A stretch of DNA of 64,000 bases from a bacterium (lineage in GTDB: Bacteria > Electryoneota > JAOADG01), in contig OY820579.1 in the NCBI GenBank assembly GCA_963681965.1, positions 640,001 through 704,000 on the forward strand. Reading direction: 5' to 3'. Position numbers and translations under genes: made by a program. Numbering within the stretch: the first letter of the stretch is position 1; the number at the start of each line of letters is the position of its first letter. Below, piece after piece: positions 40,135 through 50,391 of the stretch. The notes below the pieces were generated by a model. The model was given only the letters and a program-made list of their open reading frames with translations. It was not told where the DNA came from and ran no database searches.

Positions 40135-40992
40135 ATGACGTCAATAGATGCCCAAAATTCAATGATTGAACTCGGTTTCACTCCGATGGAGGCATCCGTT
40201 TATCTCCTTCTCCTCGGATCTCCCCCCCTTACCGGTTACGGTATTGCCAAACAGCTCGGAAAACCTGCCCCTTATGTCTATCGCGCGATCGATGCGCTAG
40301 TCCAAAAGAATGCGCTGTTTCTGGATAAGAGCGAAACGAAGAAATACCGCGCTGTTCCCTTTGCAGAGTTGCTTGAGCGGCTTAAGCTGTCGTTCCAGAA
40401 TCGATGCGATACCGCCAAAGAGCGTATGACACAAATCCAAACCGCGATCTTCGATGACCGGGTCTATCACCTGAATTCAGTCGATCAGGTGTTCGAGCGG
40501 GCACAGACCATGATTGCCGATGCTCGGGAACTGCTGTACATCGACGCGTTTCCCAAGGCGCTGACGCGAATCGCGTCTTTACTGGAAACGGCACAGAGTC
40601 GTGGGGTGACTGTTGGCGCCGTGGTATATGAGCCGATAAAATTGAATATCGCCAGTGTCATGCAGTTCCGAACCGAACGGTTAGTGTGGGATTGGCCGAC
40701 CCGACAGTGGCTGCTGGTTGCCGTCGATAACACACAGTACCTCATCGCGCTGCTTTCGGGTAATTGCGAACGGGTACATCAGGCAATTTGGACGGCGAGT
40801 CCGGTTCTGGCATACGTCCAACAATTCATGATGGGTTCGGAGCTATTGCTCGGGCAAATGCTCGAAACACTATATTCGGGTGGGGGTAATGCAGAATTAC
40901 TCGACACTTACCACCGGTGGCAGGAAACCTTCGGCAAAGTCAAACCGTCCGGGGTCGATCGCTTCGAGCAACTGTTCGGGAAGGTGGAATAA
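40135..40992 (+). CDS. TrmB-family transcriptional regulator
   Basis: LGFTPMEASVYLLLL..PLTGYGIAKQLGKP...VYRA...L..K, YRAVP; C-terminal effector-binding region; RBS GGAGG. Confidence 0.85.
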   Translation: MTSIDAQNSMIELGFTPMEASVYLLLLGSPPLTGYGIAKQLGKPAPYVYRAIDALVQKNALFLDKSETKKYRAVPFAELLERLKLSFQNRCDTAKERMTQIQTAIFDDRVYHLNSVDQVFERAQTMIADARELLYIDAFPKALTRIASLLETAQSRGVTVGAVVYEPIKLNIASVMQFRTERLVWDWPTRQWLLVAVDNTQYLIALLSGNCERVHQAIWTASPVLAYVQQFMMGSELLLGQMLETLYSGGGNAELLDTYHRWQETFGKVKPSGVDRFEQLFGKVE

Positions 40993-41058
40993 ATCGGGTC
41001 AGCGCAAGGACGGAGTTCGCCGACTGCGAATGAAGAACATAGCGATCGATCGTTTCGC

Positions 41059-41110
41059 TTGAAAAACTGTTGTTATCGATAGTAGGGGCAGATTCTCGCG
41101 TCCGCCCGCA
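41059..41110 (-). repeat. Partial inverted copy (C) of the MITE/REPIN-like element
   Basis: Reverse complement TGCGGGCGGACGCGAGAATCTGCCCCTACTATCGATAACAACAGTTTTTCAA matches the right half of copy B. Confidence 0.65.
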
Positions 41111-41337
41111 TTCATTTTTCCCCATCCCCACGACCTATCTCCTATCACCCATTTATTCGGAGAGGCGTATGGCAACGCCCAAATCTTGTGTCCAAAAATT
41201 AGGCACGGTTAATTTTGTTCCGTCTCCTTTCTCAGCTAGATCGTAGACGGAAAATTTTCTAAAATCCCAAATTTTATTCGCACCGATAATATTTCCATTA
41301 TAAATTGATCTCATCCACTTGGGAAACAACTTTACCC

Positions 41338-43173
41338 ATGAACTGCTGCCACCGATACCTCCTCTTCCGAATCGCCGTCGCGCTGCTGTGGCTGCTAACG
41401 ATATGCAGTGTGGCGATGGCGCAGCCGCTGCCTTGGCCAGCACCGATTACATGGAATCGACCCGATACGGTCTATCGAACCCGAAGCGATATCGTCTGGA
41501 ATTTCATGTCCAAAGGGGACACATTTGCAGTCGTATGCGAATACAACAATCGTTTCCGTCAAGCATTCGCTAAAGTTATCGTAAGCTCAAATCGTGGTCG
41601 AAGTTGGACACCTGCACACTGCTTTATCGATACCAATTCCAGTCATCATGGCAGTCGACCAGTGCTTGGAATTATTACTTCGCAAGGGGTATTCGTTAAC
41701 GAATACAATGAAACTTCCGACACCTTAAGGCTATACTATTCAACCAATAATGGCATTAGCTGGCAGCGATCTCAGAATCAGTCGGGATATGGTTTCGGTG
41801 TACGATGTTCGCAAGGAGATACCTTAGCAGGGAGTAATTTTTTCAATCGAATTCAAACGCCAGTTTGGACCGTGGATCGTGGGGAAACATACTTTCCACC
41901 TTTCCCTACCGATACCCTTGACGCCGGTGATGAATTTTCGCTCAATGCCGGACAAATGCTGATTGCAGGTCGAAGCACATCCAATCAAGTAAAAGTATAT
42001 TACAAACCGGTTTCTTCGACAACTTTCCAACGGGCAATTATTCCTCACGATACTTATCCGGATTTAGATAATGCATTAATTAAACACAATCATGACGGTT
42101 ATGGGGTATTAGCAATCGACGCATCAAACAGTGTTTTATCATCTTTGACAATCTTAGTGAGTCACACAACCGATTTCGGACGAAGTTGGTCGGATTTCGA
42201 TACGATAAGTCATATAAATATGTCTTCACTTGCTGGCGGTAGACCAAGCTATCTAGGTAATCAAGGAAAATTATTTGCACTTTGTTGGTATGATCGTCAT
42301 CCTTATCTACCGGAATCGCTTGAAGGCGGATATATGGTATCGAGCATCACAGCCAATAACGGTCGGTCATGGTATTTTCCGCAGGATATGTTAATCGAAG
42401 TAGATTCTGCAGGATCAGAACTTACCCAAATTGAATTTCGTGGTGACTCGATCTTTTACAATTATATGGTATCTGTCAACGTAAACATGGTGAACACTTA
42501 CGGTTTTCGAAGTGCTTGCGTGAGAATTTCTGGGTGTATCAATCGCGACACCATCGTCCCGGTTATCAACGAACCAATGGTTTTACCACTAACAATTTCC
42601 CGTCTACAACCAATTTCACTTGCAGCTAGATTCAGCGATAACGACAGCGTATGGCAAACGCAATGTATCATCCGGCGCTCCGGCGATCTTGATTCGGCGA
42701 TCATTGCGCTAACTCGCAACAATACCGATAATTTATATCATGGCAATTGGACACCCTCCGATACCGGCAACTACCAATATTATTATCGCTGCGAAGATAT
42801 GTGGGAGAATGTGAGTCGATTACCCACGAATGCAATGTATCAGACGCGGGTTTTGCCGGTCGAAAATGTCGATCATACTGTTCCGATGGTTCTCACCGAA
42901 GCGATGTTGCGCGTCTTCCCCAATCCGGTGAATGGGATGATTACTTTCACCGGACAGTTGCCTGCGCATTCATCAAACACGCAACTCAAAATCTACAATC
43001 TTACCGGTGCACTGGTCGCATCGCTGCCGATCAAACCCAATGCTATTGGTAGTTATCGCGCATCGTGGGATTGCCGCAATGCGCAAGGGAGTACAGTAGC
43101 ATCGGGAGTGTATTTTGCACAACTCAATACAAGCATGAAAGCAAGTTTGGTGCGGTTTTCTGTGATAAAGTAA
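41338..43173 (+). CDS. Secreted BNR/Asp-box beta-propeller protein with FlgD-Ig/Por-tail-like CTD
   Basis: SSNRGRSW, STNNGISW, TTDFGRSW, ANNGRSW repeats; FPNPVN...IYNLTG...WD....G..VASGVYF; start uncertain (41305/41338). Confidence 0.78.
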   Translation: MNCCHRYLLFRIAVALLWLLTICSVAMAQPLPWPAPITWNRPDTVYRTRSDIVWNFMSKGDTFAVVCEYNNRFRQAFAKVIVSSNRGRSWTPAHCFIDTNSSHHGSRPVLGIITSQGVFVNEYNETSDTLRLYYSTNNGISWQRSQNQSGYGFGVRCSQGDTLAGSNFFNRIQTPVWTVDRGETYFPPFPTDTLDAGDEFSLNAGQMLIAGRSTSNQVKVYYKPVSSTTFQRAIIPHDTYPDLDNALIKHNHDGYGVLAIDASNSVLSSLTILVSHTTDFGRSWSDFDTISHINMSSLAGGRPSYLGNQGKLFALCWYDRHPYLPESLEGGYMVSSITANNGRSWYFPQDMLIEVDSAGSELTQIEFRGDSIFYNYMVSVNVNMVNTYGFRSACVRISGCINRDTIVPVINEPMVLPLTISRLQPISLAARFSDNDSVWQTQCIIRRSGDLDSAIIALTRNNTDNLYHGNWTPSDTGNYQYYYRCEDMWENVSRLPTNAMYQTRVLPVENVDHTVPMVLTEAMLRVFPNPVNGMITFTGQLPAHSSNTQLKIYNLTGALVASLPIKPNAIGSYRASWDCRNAQGSTVASGVYFAQLNTSMKASLVRFSVIK

Positions 43174-43192
43174 CTTGAATGGGAGTGGCAAA

Positions 43193-45031
43193 ATGAATCG
43201 CTTTAATCTTGTTCTAATCGCAGCACTTTTGCTGATTATTGTAGGAATGGCGCAGCCTCGGGAGCTACCGGTCTCGTGGGGTCCGTTCCGTATGCTTTCG
43301 GAGGGAATGCCTAACGGTAGTTATCCTAAATCGGTAGCGGCAAAAGGGGATACGATCGTACTAGTCAAACTTGATATGATTGCCCATCTGCAATATACCT
43401 CCGTTCGCGTTTCGGGAGACAATGGTCGCACTTGGAGTCCTTGGCAGTACTTGAACGATACCACTATTCATCACTTCTCCGAATATCCTGCGCCGATTAT
43501 TACGAACAATAACATCATGGTAATGAATACGAACGCTGAGCTTCCGGAACGGTACGGTTTCTTTCGCACGACCGACCTTGGTCAAAGTTGGATTCGACCG
43601 AGAACAACCTATCATGCAGGTTACTACATGGACGGAACTTCCGGCGATACGATCATCATGAGTAATCCAAATCCGACGATACTGTCGGACTCGGTGACTT
43701 GGGTAACGTCCAATAGCCTGGTACTACAACCCCGGAAGAACTTGTTTTTCGATGTTCCCAATGTTAACTCTCAGTTTCTTTCTTACGGATCGTATTGTGC
43801 CAATCGTCAGTGGATGTTCGGAGTGTGTGGATTCTGCGATTTGGGACCATACTCTGCGACGCTATTGGCATTTCGGCGGATCTCGTACAATGGGCAGATC
43901 GTTGGACCCCTTCACATGCTCATGAACCACATTACCTACCATTTCTATGAAGGTATTGATTTCGATGACGATGGGAATGGTGTGATCTTCGTTGCTTCCG
44001 ACACCATGGGTCCTATTATCGACTATTTTGCAATTACCCGGATTGTTACTCACGATTATGGCGAATCGTGGTCGATTCCGGTCACGATGACACCGGTACT
44101 CTCAGCCGGTCGTTGGAATTATGTGAGTCATTACGGTCATTATTGGGCGATTTGCTGGCAAGACTCTTCGCACGCACCCGACCTCGATCCACTCTATAAC
44201 AGTATGGTAAAAATCTCCTTCTCACCCAATCGCGGACATTATTGGTATCCACCCGTCGAAGCCCCGCTCGGAGATACATCCCTTCTATATCGACGAAATC
44301 TGGCGATAACGATGGGACCGAATTACGTTCGAGTATTCGGTTTTTGTCCACCAGCCGGCGGTTATAGGTTCTATGAAAAGGAGATGATTTTCAATCGCGA
44401 TGCGCGCGCACCGGTGCTCAGCAATGGTACGATCATCCCCTTGTCGGTGTCGACCGACACCACACTGAATCTCGCGCTAACTGCCGTCGACAACGATTCG
44501 ATTTGGAATGCTATCCTCGTCGTAAAACGCATCGGATCGCGAGATTCCCTGATGGATACACTGCGGTACGACTCGCTGAATCGATACACAACTCACTTCA
44601 CCGTACCTACTGACAGTGGCGAATATGCCTACTATTATTTCGCCGAAGATCTTTGGGAAAACCGCGGTTACTATCCCGATAGTGCGCGCACGAATCCACC
44701 ACATTTCCGTGTTGGTGGTGTGAATGTTGTAAAAGAATCGGAGTTGTTACCTCAACAACCGTTACTTTGCGCCTTCCCCAATCCGGTAAACGGTATGATC
44801 ACCTTTACCGGTCAGTTGCCGGCACGCTCATCGACTACGCAACTCCAGATCTACAATCTTACCGGTGCACTGGTCGCATCGCTGCCGATCAAACCCAACA
44901 CTTCCGGTAGTTACCGCGCGATGTGGAATTGTCGAAATCGTTCCGGAACTACTATTGCTTCCGGTGTGTATTATGCCACGTTCGGATCAACCGCAGCACA
45001 CCAGACGCTGAAGTTTGTTGTTATGCGCTAA
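43193..45031 (+). CDS. Secreted BNR/Asp-box protein with FlgD-Ig/Por-tail-like CTD (paralogue of the previous gene)
   Basis: SGDNGRTW, TTDLGQSW, THDYGESW; DNDSIW, EDLWEN, FPNPVNGMITFTGQLPA. Confidence 0.8.
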   Translation: MNRFNLVLIAALLLIIVGMAQPRELPVSWGPFRMLSEGMPNGSYPKSVAAKGDTIVLVKLDMIAHLQYTSVRVSGDNGRTWSPWQYLNDTTIHHFSEYPAPIITNNNIMVMNTNAELPERYGFFRTTDLGQSWIRPRTTYHAGYYMDGTSGDTIIMSNPNPTILSDSVTWVTSNSLVLQPRKNLFFDVPNVNSQFLSYGSYCANRQWMFGVCGFCDLGPYSATLLAFRRISYNGQIVGPLHMLMNHITYHFYEGIDFDDDGNGVIFVASDTMGPIIDYFAITRIVTHDYGESWSIPVTMTPVLSAGRWNYVSHYGHYWAICWQDSSHAPDLDPLYNSMVKISFSPNRGHYWYPPVEAPLGDTSLLYRRNLAITMGPNYVRVFGFCPPAGGYRFYEKEMIFNRDARAPVLSNGTIIPLSVSTDTTLNLALTAVDNDSIWNAILVVKRIGSRDSLMDTLRYDSLNRYTTHFTVPTDSGEYAYYYFAEDLWENRGYYPDSARTNPPHFRVGGVNVVKESELLPQQPLLCAFPNPVNGMITFTGQLPARSSTTQLQIYNLTGALVASLPIKPNTSGSYRAMWNCRNRSGTTIASGVYYATFGSTAAHQTLKFVVMR

Positions 45032-45155
45032 TTTTACAAGATCTTACATATCGTTTGCAATCCCAACTCGAATTTCCCGTCGACTCGGTTTTCCTGCGAT
45101 TGCCGCGCGTATTACATTATCCCGTTTCCAATTTTGATCTTAGGTCCGGGATACT

Positions 45156-46064
45156 ATGGTACAGAATCGCATTACCAATTTCGCTTATTCGCTCATCCTG
45201 ATGCTCTGCTCGCTGCTCTCGCTCGCATCCGGACTCGCCGCCGCCGAGACCGAGACCGGGAAATCGGCACTGATCGCCGCCGAAACCCGTCTTGCGGATG
45301 CGGTGAAACAGAATGGCGCAAAATCCGCATTTCTCGCAGTTTTGCACGACTCCTCAATCGTCTATCAACCGATTCCGATCAATGGCAAAGTCTGGGCATC
45401 GCAACTTCCCGATACCGAACGATTGTTGCAATGGGAACCCGCCCTCGTCGAGCTATCCAGTACACCCGATTTCGGCTATACAATTGGGCAATGGTGGAAA
45501 AGTCTTACCGATTCCACTCCGCCCACTGCTTCGGGTGCATATCTTTCAATCTGGAAACAGACCGACTCCGGCAAGTGGCGCATCGTACTCTACGCCCGAA
45601 TGCCCCATGCCTTCGCCGACACCAATGTCGACTATCTGCCCGAACGGCGCAGCGACCGGATTGCCAAGAGTAAATTGCCGAAACGCTCAGTCGACGAAGC
45701 AATTCGCTCGATGTGTATCGCCGACAATGTGTATAGCACACTGGCAAACAAAAAAGATTTGTTCGATGCCTTTCGAAACTCTGCCGCGACCGATATTCGC
45801 TTATTGCGCCCCGACCACCTCCCGGTGACTGGCGCTAATGCCGCATTGGCATGGTTATCCGTACACCCGACAAAAGAAAACTGGACGATTGCCGGCGCCG
45901 ATATGGCATCCACCGGCGATATTGGCTATACCTGCGGATTGATTATTCCCCCGGATGGAAATAAGAATGGCAACAATACCGGTTGTTATGTCAGAATTTG
46001 GCGACTCGACAACGAGGAAGTGTGGCGATTGGCGGTCGATTACGCCTATTTTCCGGTGAAATAA
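45156..46064 (+). CDS. Exported protein with two NTF2/DUF4440-like domains
   Basis: Signal peptide; duplicated DFGYT.G...G.YLSIWK...GKWR and DIGYT.G...G.YVRIWR...VWR. Confidence 0.72.
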   Translation: MVQNRITNFAYSLILMLCSLLSLASGLAAAETETGKSALIAAETRLADAVKQNGAKSAFLAVLHDSSIVYQPIPINGKVWASQLPDTERLLQWEPALVELSSTPDFGYTIGQWWKSLTDSTPPTASGAYLSIWKQTDSGKWRIVLYARMPHAFADTNVDYLPERRSDRIAKSKLPKRSVDEAIRSMCIADNVYSTLANKKDLFDAFRNSAATDIRLLRPDHLPVTGANAALAWLSVHPTKENWTIAGADMASTGDIGYTCGLIIPPDGNKNGNNTGCYVRIWRLDNEEVWRLAVDYAYFPVK

Positions 46065-46164
46065 GCGTTTTGACCGGTGGTGTGGCGTGTACGATTTATC
46101 TTGAGTATGTTCTTATTCACCCACGGAACCTGATGCAAACCGATTTAACCAAGCGAGCCGCATT

Positions 46165-46668
46165 ATGAACGCAATCTTCACCCGCCGCAGTATTCGGCAC
46201 TACACCAAACAGCCGGTTACCGACGAACAGCTCGAATATCTTCTGCGCGCCGCGATGTGCGCCCCTTCCGCCGGCAACGAACAGGCGTGGGAATTCATCG
46301 TTATCCGGCAGCACGAATTGCTCGCTGCCGTTCCCGAATTTCATGCCAATGCTTGGATGGCACCGGACGCCCCGGTCGCGATTCTGGTTTGTGGCAATCA
46401 GGCACGCGAAAAATACCCCGGTTTTTGGGTACAGGATTGCGCAGCAGCCACCCAAAACATTCTACTTGCCGCCACCGAACTTGGTCTCGGTACTGTGTGG
46501 GTGGGATTGCACCCCCGCACCGAACGGGAAGTGGAGTTTCGCAAGCTCTGTTCCATTACCGACGAAAAAATCGTTCCATTTTCACTGATCCCGATTGGAT
46601 ATCCCGACGAAGTTCGACCCGAGCGCGACAACTACGACCCACTGCGCATCCATTACAATACGTGGTAA
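46165..46668 (+). CDS. Nitroreductase family protein
   Basis: TRRSIR, AAMCAPSAGNEQAWEF, DCAAATQNILLAA..LGLGTVW, IGYP. Confidence 0.92.
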   Translation: MNAIFTRRSIRHYTKQPVTDEQLEYLLRAAMCAPSAGNEQAWEFIVIRQHELLAAVPEFHANAWMAPDAPVAILVCGNQAREKYPGFWVQDCAAATQNILLAATELGLGTVWVGLHPRTEREVEFRKLCSITDEKIVPFSLIPIGYPDEVRPERDNYDPLRIHYNTW

Positions 46669-46819
46669 TGTGACGCGCGAATTGGGCTATTATTGAATTT
46701 TTGCGATTTATACCGGAACCAATTGACAATTTTCGTTGTAGAAGATATTTTGTAACACGGTGAAGGCACCGCTTTTCTCTAGATGTGACGATTCGATGTT
46801 GATGATGAGTGAGGAAAAG

Positions 46820-48874
46820 ATGAAACAACTGCTTGCAGTATGGTTCGGCTGTACACTTTGGCTCGCAACCGCCCTGAATACCGGAGCACAACCGGTTTGG
46901 CTGCCGACCAACGGTCCCGATGGCGGCACGGCAAATTCACTGCTGAGTTGCCGCAATGGCGATCTATTTGCGGTAATGAATCACAACCTGATCGTGAAAG
47001 TCACCGATCACGAACCCACCCTCCAACGTGCCATTTTACCCAGTTACGAAAATATTGCGCAATTGGCGGAAGCGCCGAACGGACACCTGTATGCCTTAGG
47101 TTCCAACTTCTACCGTTCGACCGATCGCGGTGTCAGTTGGACGCGGCTATCGAGTTTTCAGGGTTATGCCGTTTGCGTCGACGACTCCGGTGCCGTGATT
47201 GTCTCAGCCGACACGAATATCTACCGCTCGACCAACGAAGGGGATACGTGGTTGCGAAGAAATCAACGTGGTGCCGTGGCGCTGTTCCGTGCTCCTCACC
47301 GTTCCGTGATCGCGATCACCAACAATACCGCCTCGTCGCAGTTATTGAAAACGACGGATGGCGGAATCACTTGGAATCAGGTGTTTAGCTATAATTCACG
47401 GATCCTCGGGTTTACCATGGCGGATTCGGTCACTTGGTATCTTTCGATCGAAAGCCCGTCGATGATTTTCCGGACGCAGAATGCCGGTCTTGGCTGGTCG
47501 CCGTTTGGTCCATCGCGCCGCGCATGGGAACTGGCGGCGGCATCAAACGGATATTTGTATGCGAAAACCAGCGGGATAGAACGCATCTCACCTGCCGGTA
47601 CGGCGTGGGAAGATTTACAATTTCCCGAACAATTCAATCTCCGCAACGCGACTCTATTGAAGAATCAGGCGACCGGAAATGTGCTTGCCAGCGGGATCAA
47701 TAACGGATTGTACGAATACACCGGCAGTCAATGGCAGTCGCTGATGACGGGAATTCGCACCACAGCAGTGCAGTCCATTGCGTCATACGGTAGAAACATC
47801 TACGCTTCGGTACCCGGAAGAATCGTTCAATCGACCGATAACGGAACCTCATGGAATACAATTTCTACTTTTTTATATTCTTCGCCGATCATCGCGACAA
47901 CACATACCGGAGCGCTCCTGTACGGAAATATCGGTACTAACGAAAACGCAATTCAACGATCCATTAACAACGGCGCTCATTGGGATACGGTTGCGACATC
48001 GCGCGATAAAGTAAAATTTCTCACAGCACCCGATGGAAATATGTATATCAACCGCGGTGTGCCAAACACAGTACGGTTTTCGCAAATCATCCGGTCTACA
48101 GACGACGGTCTGACGTGGTATCCGGTTTTCGCGATCGACAATACGATCAATGCGTTTACCGTTTCGTCGCACGGTGTGGTGTTTGCTGCGGTGGGAATTT
48201 CGCTCTATCGTTACACTCCGAGCACCTCTACCACCCAAGAGTTTCCACTGTCGACTCAAATCAGTGATATGTCAATTAGCGATTCCGGAACAGCAATCTG
48301 CGTCGCGAACCGTCAACTGGTGAGATTAAGTGAAACGGGATATTCATTTACGACAATTGCAGCGCCGTTCGCCAATAAAATTGTCCGCAATCGCGACGGT
48401 CGAATCTACTTAGCCTCCGGTAGCGATTATTACACGACTGACAGTGCGGGTTGGATCACGATCGATTCCGGTGCGACAGCATCCGCTTGTTTATCGTTTG
48501 CATTCGATCCGGTCTCAGGTTACATCTTTTCCGGAACCGATGGCGATGGTGTATACCGCACGGCACTGCCGACGGTTGGCGTAGCATCGTCATCAATCGA
48601 TCCGCTGCCGACAGCGATCGAACTTTTACCGGTTTATCCCAACCCGTTCAATTCATCAACCGTTATTTCGATTGCGTTACCGTCGACATCGCCGATTTCG
48701 CTCGATATTTACGATAACAATGGTCGATTCGTACAACAGATATGGCGGGGAAACTCACCGGCAGGCGTACACCGGTTTATCTGGAATGCCGGAAACAGCG
48801 CCAGTGGAACCTATTATGCCCGGCTCGCGTCCGGAAGACGCGTTTCGACCAAAGCGATACAGTTAATTAAATAG
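46820..48874 (+). CDS. Secreted Asp-box (Ycf48/BNR-like) beta-propeller protein with Por-secretion-tail-like CTD
   Basis: Many RSTD.G.SW repeats; VYPNPFNSST...YD..G...ASGTYY...QLIK; start trimmed to MKQLL. Confidence 0.82.
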   Translation: MKQLLAVWFGCTLWLATALNTGAQPVWLPTNGPDGGTANSLLSCRNGDLFAVMNHNLIVKVTDHEPTLQRAILPSYENIAQLAEAPNGHLYALGSNFYRSTDRGVSWTRLSSFQGYAVCVDDSGAVIVSADTNIYRSTNEGDTWLRRNQRGAVALFRAPHRSVIAITNNTASSQLLKTTDGGITWNQVFSYNSRILGFTMADSVTWYLSIESPSMIFRTQNAGLGWSPFGPSRRAWELAAASNGYLYAKTSGIERISPAGTAWEDLQFPEQFNLRNATLLKNQATGNVLASGINNGLYEYTGSQWQSLMTGIRTTAVQSIASYGRNIYASVPGRIVQSTDNGTSWNTISTFLYSSPIIATTHTGALLYGNIGTNENAIQRSINNGAHWDTVATSRDKVKFLTAPDGNMYINRGVPNTVRFSQIIRSTDDGLTWYPVFAIDNTINAFTVSSHGVVFAAVGISLYRYTPSTSTTQEFPLSTQISDMSISDSGTAICVANRQLVRLSETGYSFTTIAAPFANKIVRNRDGRIYLASGSDYYTTDSAGWITIDSGATASACLSFAFDPVSGYIFSGTDGDGVYRTALPTVGVASSSIDPLPTAIELLPVYPNPFNSSTVISIALPSTSPISLDIYDNNGRFVQQIWRGNSPAGVHRFIWNAGNSASGTYYARLASGRRVSTKAIQLIK

Positions 48875-48910
48875 CTCGACATGTTTACAATTATCGTTCG
48901 ATGGAGCCAG

Positions 48911-50314
48911 ATGATGCGTTGGAATAAATCAGTTTCGATCACTTGCTTGCTTTTGTTGTTTGCAATTTCAGCATACGCGCAATACAGTAGTCCGGAAAGC
49001 GTCGTATACGATCCGGTCCGGAGTCGGTATTTAATCTCGAATGCCGGTGCCGGTTCGATCGTCCAGCGGGATTCGCTGGGATATCTCACGAACTACATCA
49101 CTGGCTTGAATTCGCCCAAGGGGATGTGTATTGTTCGCGATACGCTTTATTTCACCGATGTATCGGTCGTGCACGCCTATCGCCTCAGCACCGCTACGCT
49201 TTTGTATAACATTACGCCAGCGACGACAACCGGTCTCAACGATATCGACGGCGATACTACCGCAGTTTACTTTACCGATATGTCGGTCGGTCGAATTTAT
49301 CGCTATAACATTCGAACGCACACACTCACGACGTTTGTCGGCAGCTCGCTCAATACTCCGAATGGGGTTTTGCTCGATCATCCCCACAACCGGTTGCTGA
49401 TTGTATCGTATCGGACGAATTCACCAATTCAAGCGGCGAACTTAACGACTGGTGCGGTAACGACAATTACCACCACCCGTTACTCCGATCTGGATGGCAT
49501 TACCCGCGATTGGCGCGGTTATATTTACGTCTCCAGTTGGGCATCCAATAATGTCATTATGTTCACCCACGATTTTTCGACAAGCACGATTTTTTCTTCC
49601 GGATATTCCGGTCCTGCCGACATCTATTACAACGTCTATCGCAACGAATTTGCAATACCCTCTTTCAGCGATAACCGCGTGCTCTTTGTCGACGGCGCGC
49701 TACTTCCCAACGCTTCCATTTCGGATACGGCACACAATTGGGGTACGATTGCCCAAAACAGTGCCCAAGTGAGTTGGAATATGTCGATCTACAACACCGG
49801 ACCCGGCGATTTAACGGTCGATTCCATCTTGTTTAACAGTATGGTGTATTCGGTTGTCCCGAGTTCCGGCGTGATCAATAGTAACGATTCGGTGCCACTA
49901 ACCGTATATCTGAATCCGATTTTTCCGAATGGAAACGATCTCATGCAGATTTACACCAACGATCCGTTTCACCCATTGCTTACCGTTCGACACACGGCGA
50001 ATATCACAACCGGTTCAACGCCGGAAAGTGGCGAGAGACTGCCGGCAGGATTTGCAATCGGCACACCATACCCGGCACCCTTCAATCCAACCGTAACGGT
50101 GGATATTTCAATTCCAAGAGTATCGAATCTATCATTGAAACTCTACAATACAATGGGTGCTCTGCTTCGCGCAGAGTCGTTGACGGCACTAAATCCCGGT
50201 AATCATAAAATCAGTGTCAATGCATCCGATCTTCCCAGTGGGATGTATTTCATTCAGATAACTGGAATACCCGGAGCCAGTCCGGTGCTGCGTAAAGCAA
50301 TTTTAGTGAAATAG
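48911..50314 (+). CDS. Secreted SMP-30/gluconolactonase-like beta-propeller with Ig (ASH-like) domain and Por-tail-like CTD
   Basis: SPESV, SPKGM, LNDI, PNG, DLDGI, GPADI; NTG.GDL.V..I...L.IYTNDP; YPAPFNP...PSGMYF..ILVK. Confidence 0.8.
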   Translation: MMRWNKSVSITCLLLLFAISAYAQYSSPESVVYDPVRSRYLISNAGAGSIVQRDSLGYLTNYITGLNSPKGMCIVRDTLYFTDVSVVHAYRLSTATLLYNITPATTTGLNDIDGDTTAVYFTDMSVGRIYRYNIRTHTLTTFVGSSLNTPNGVLLDHPHNRLLIVSYRTNSPIQAANLTTGAVTTITTTRYSDLDGITRDWRGYIYVSSWASNNVIMFTHDFSTSTIFSSGYSGPADIYYNVYRNEFAIPSFSDNRVLFVDGALLPNASISDTAHNWGTIAQNSAQVSWNMSIYNTGPGDLTVDSILFNSMVYSVVPSSGVINSNDSVPLTVYLNPIFPNGNDLMQIYTNDPFHPLLTVRHTANITTGSTPESGERLPAGFAIGTPYPAPFNPTVTVDISIPRVSNLSLKLYNTMGALLRAESLTALNPGNHKISVNASDLPSGMYFIQITGIPGASPVLRKAILVK

Positions 50315-50335
50315 GATCGCTTCAATTTGTTGTAA

Positions 50336-50361
50336 GGGGCGCGAAACCGTGCCCCTTTTTT
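50336..50361 (+). terminator. Intrinsic terminator
   Basis: GGGGCGCG-AAAC-CGTGCCCC followed by TTTTTT. Confidence 0.7.
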
Positions 50362-50391
50362 GTATCTTGCTCTCAACGATCCAGTGGAACC

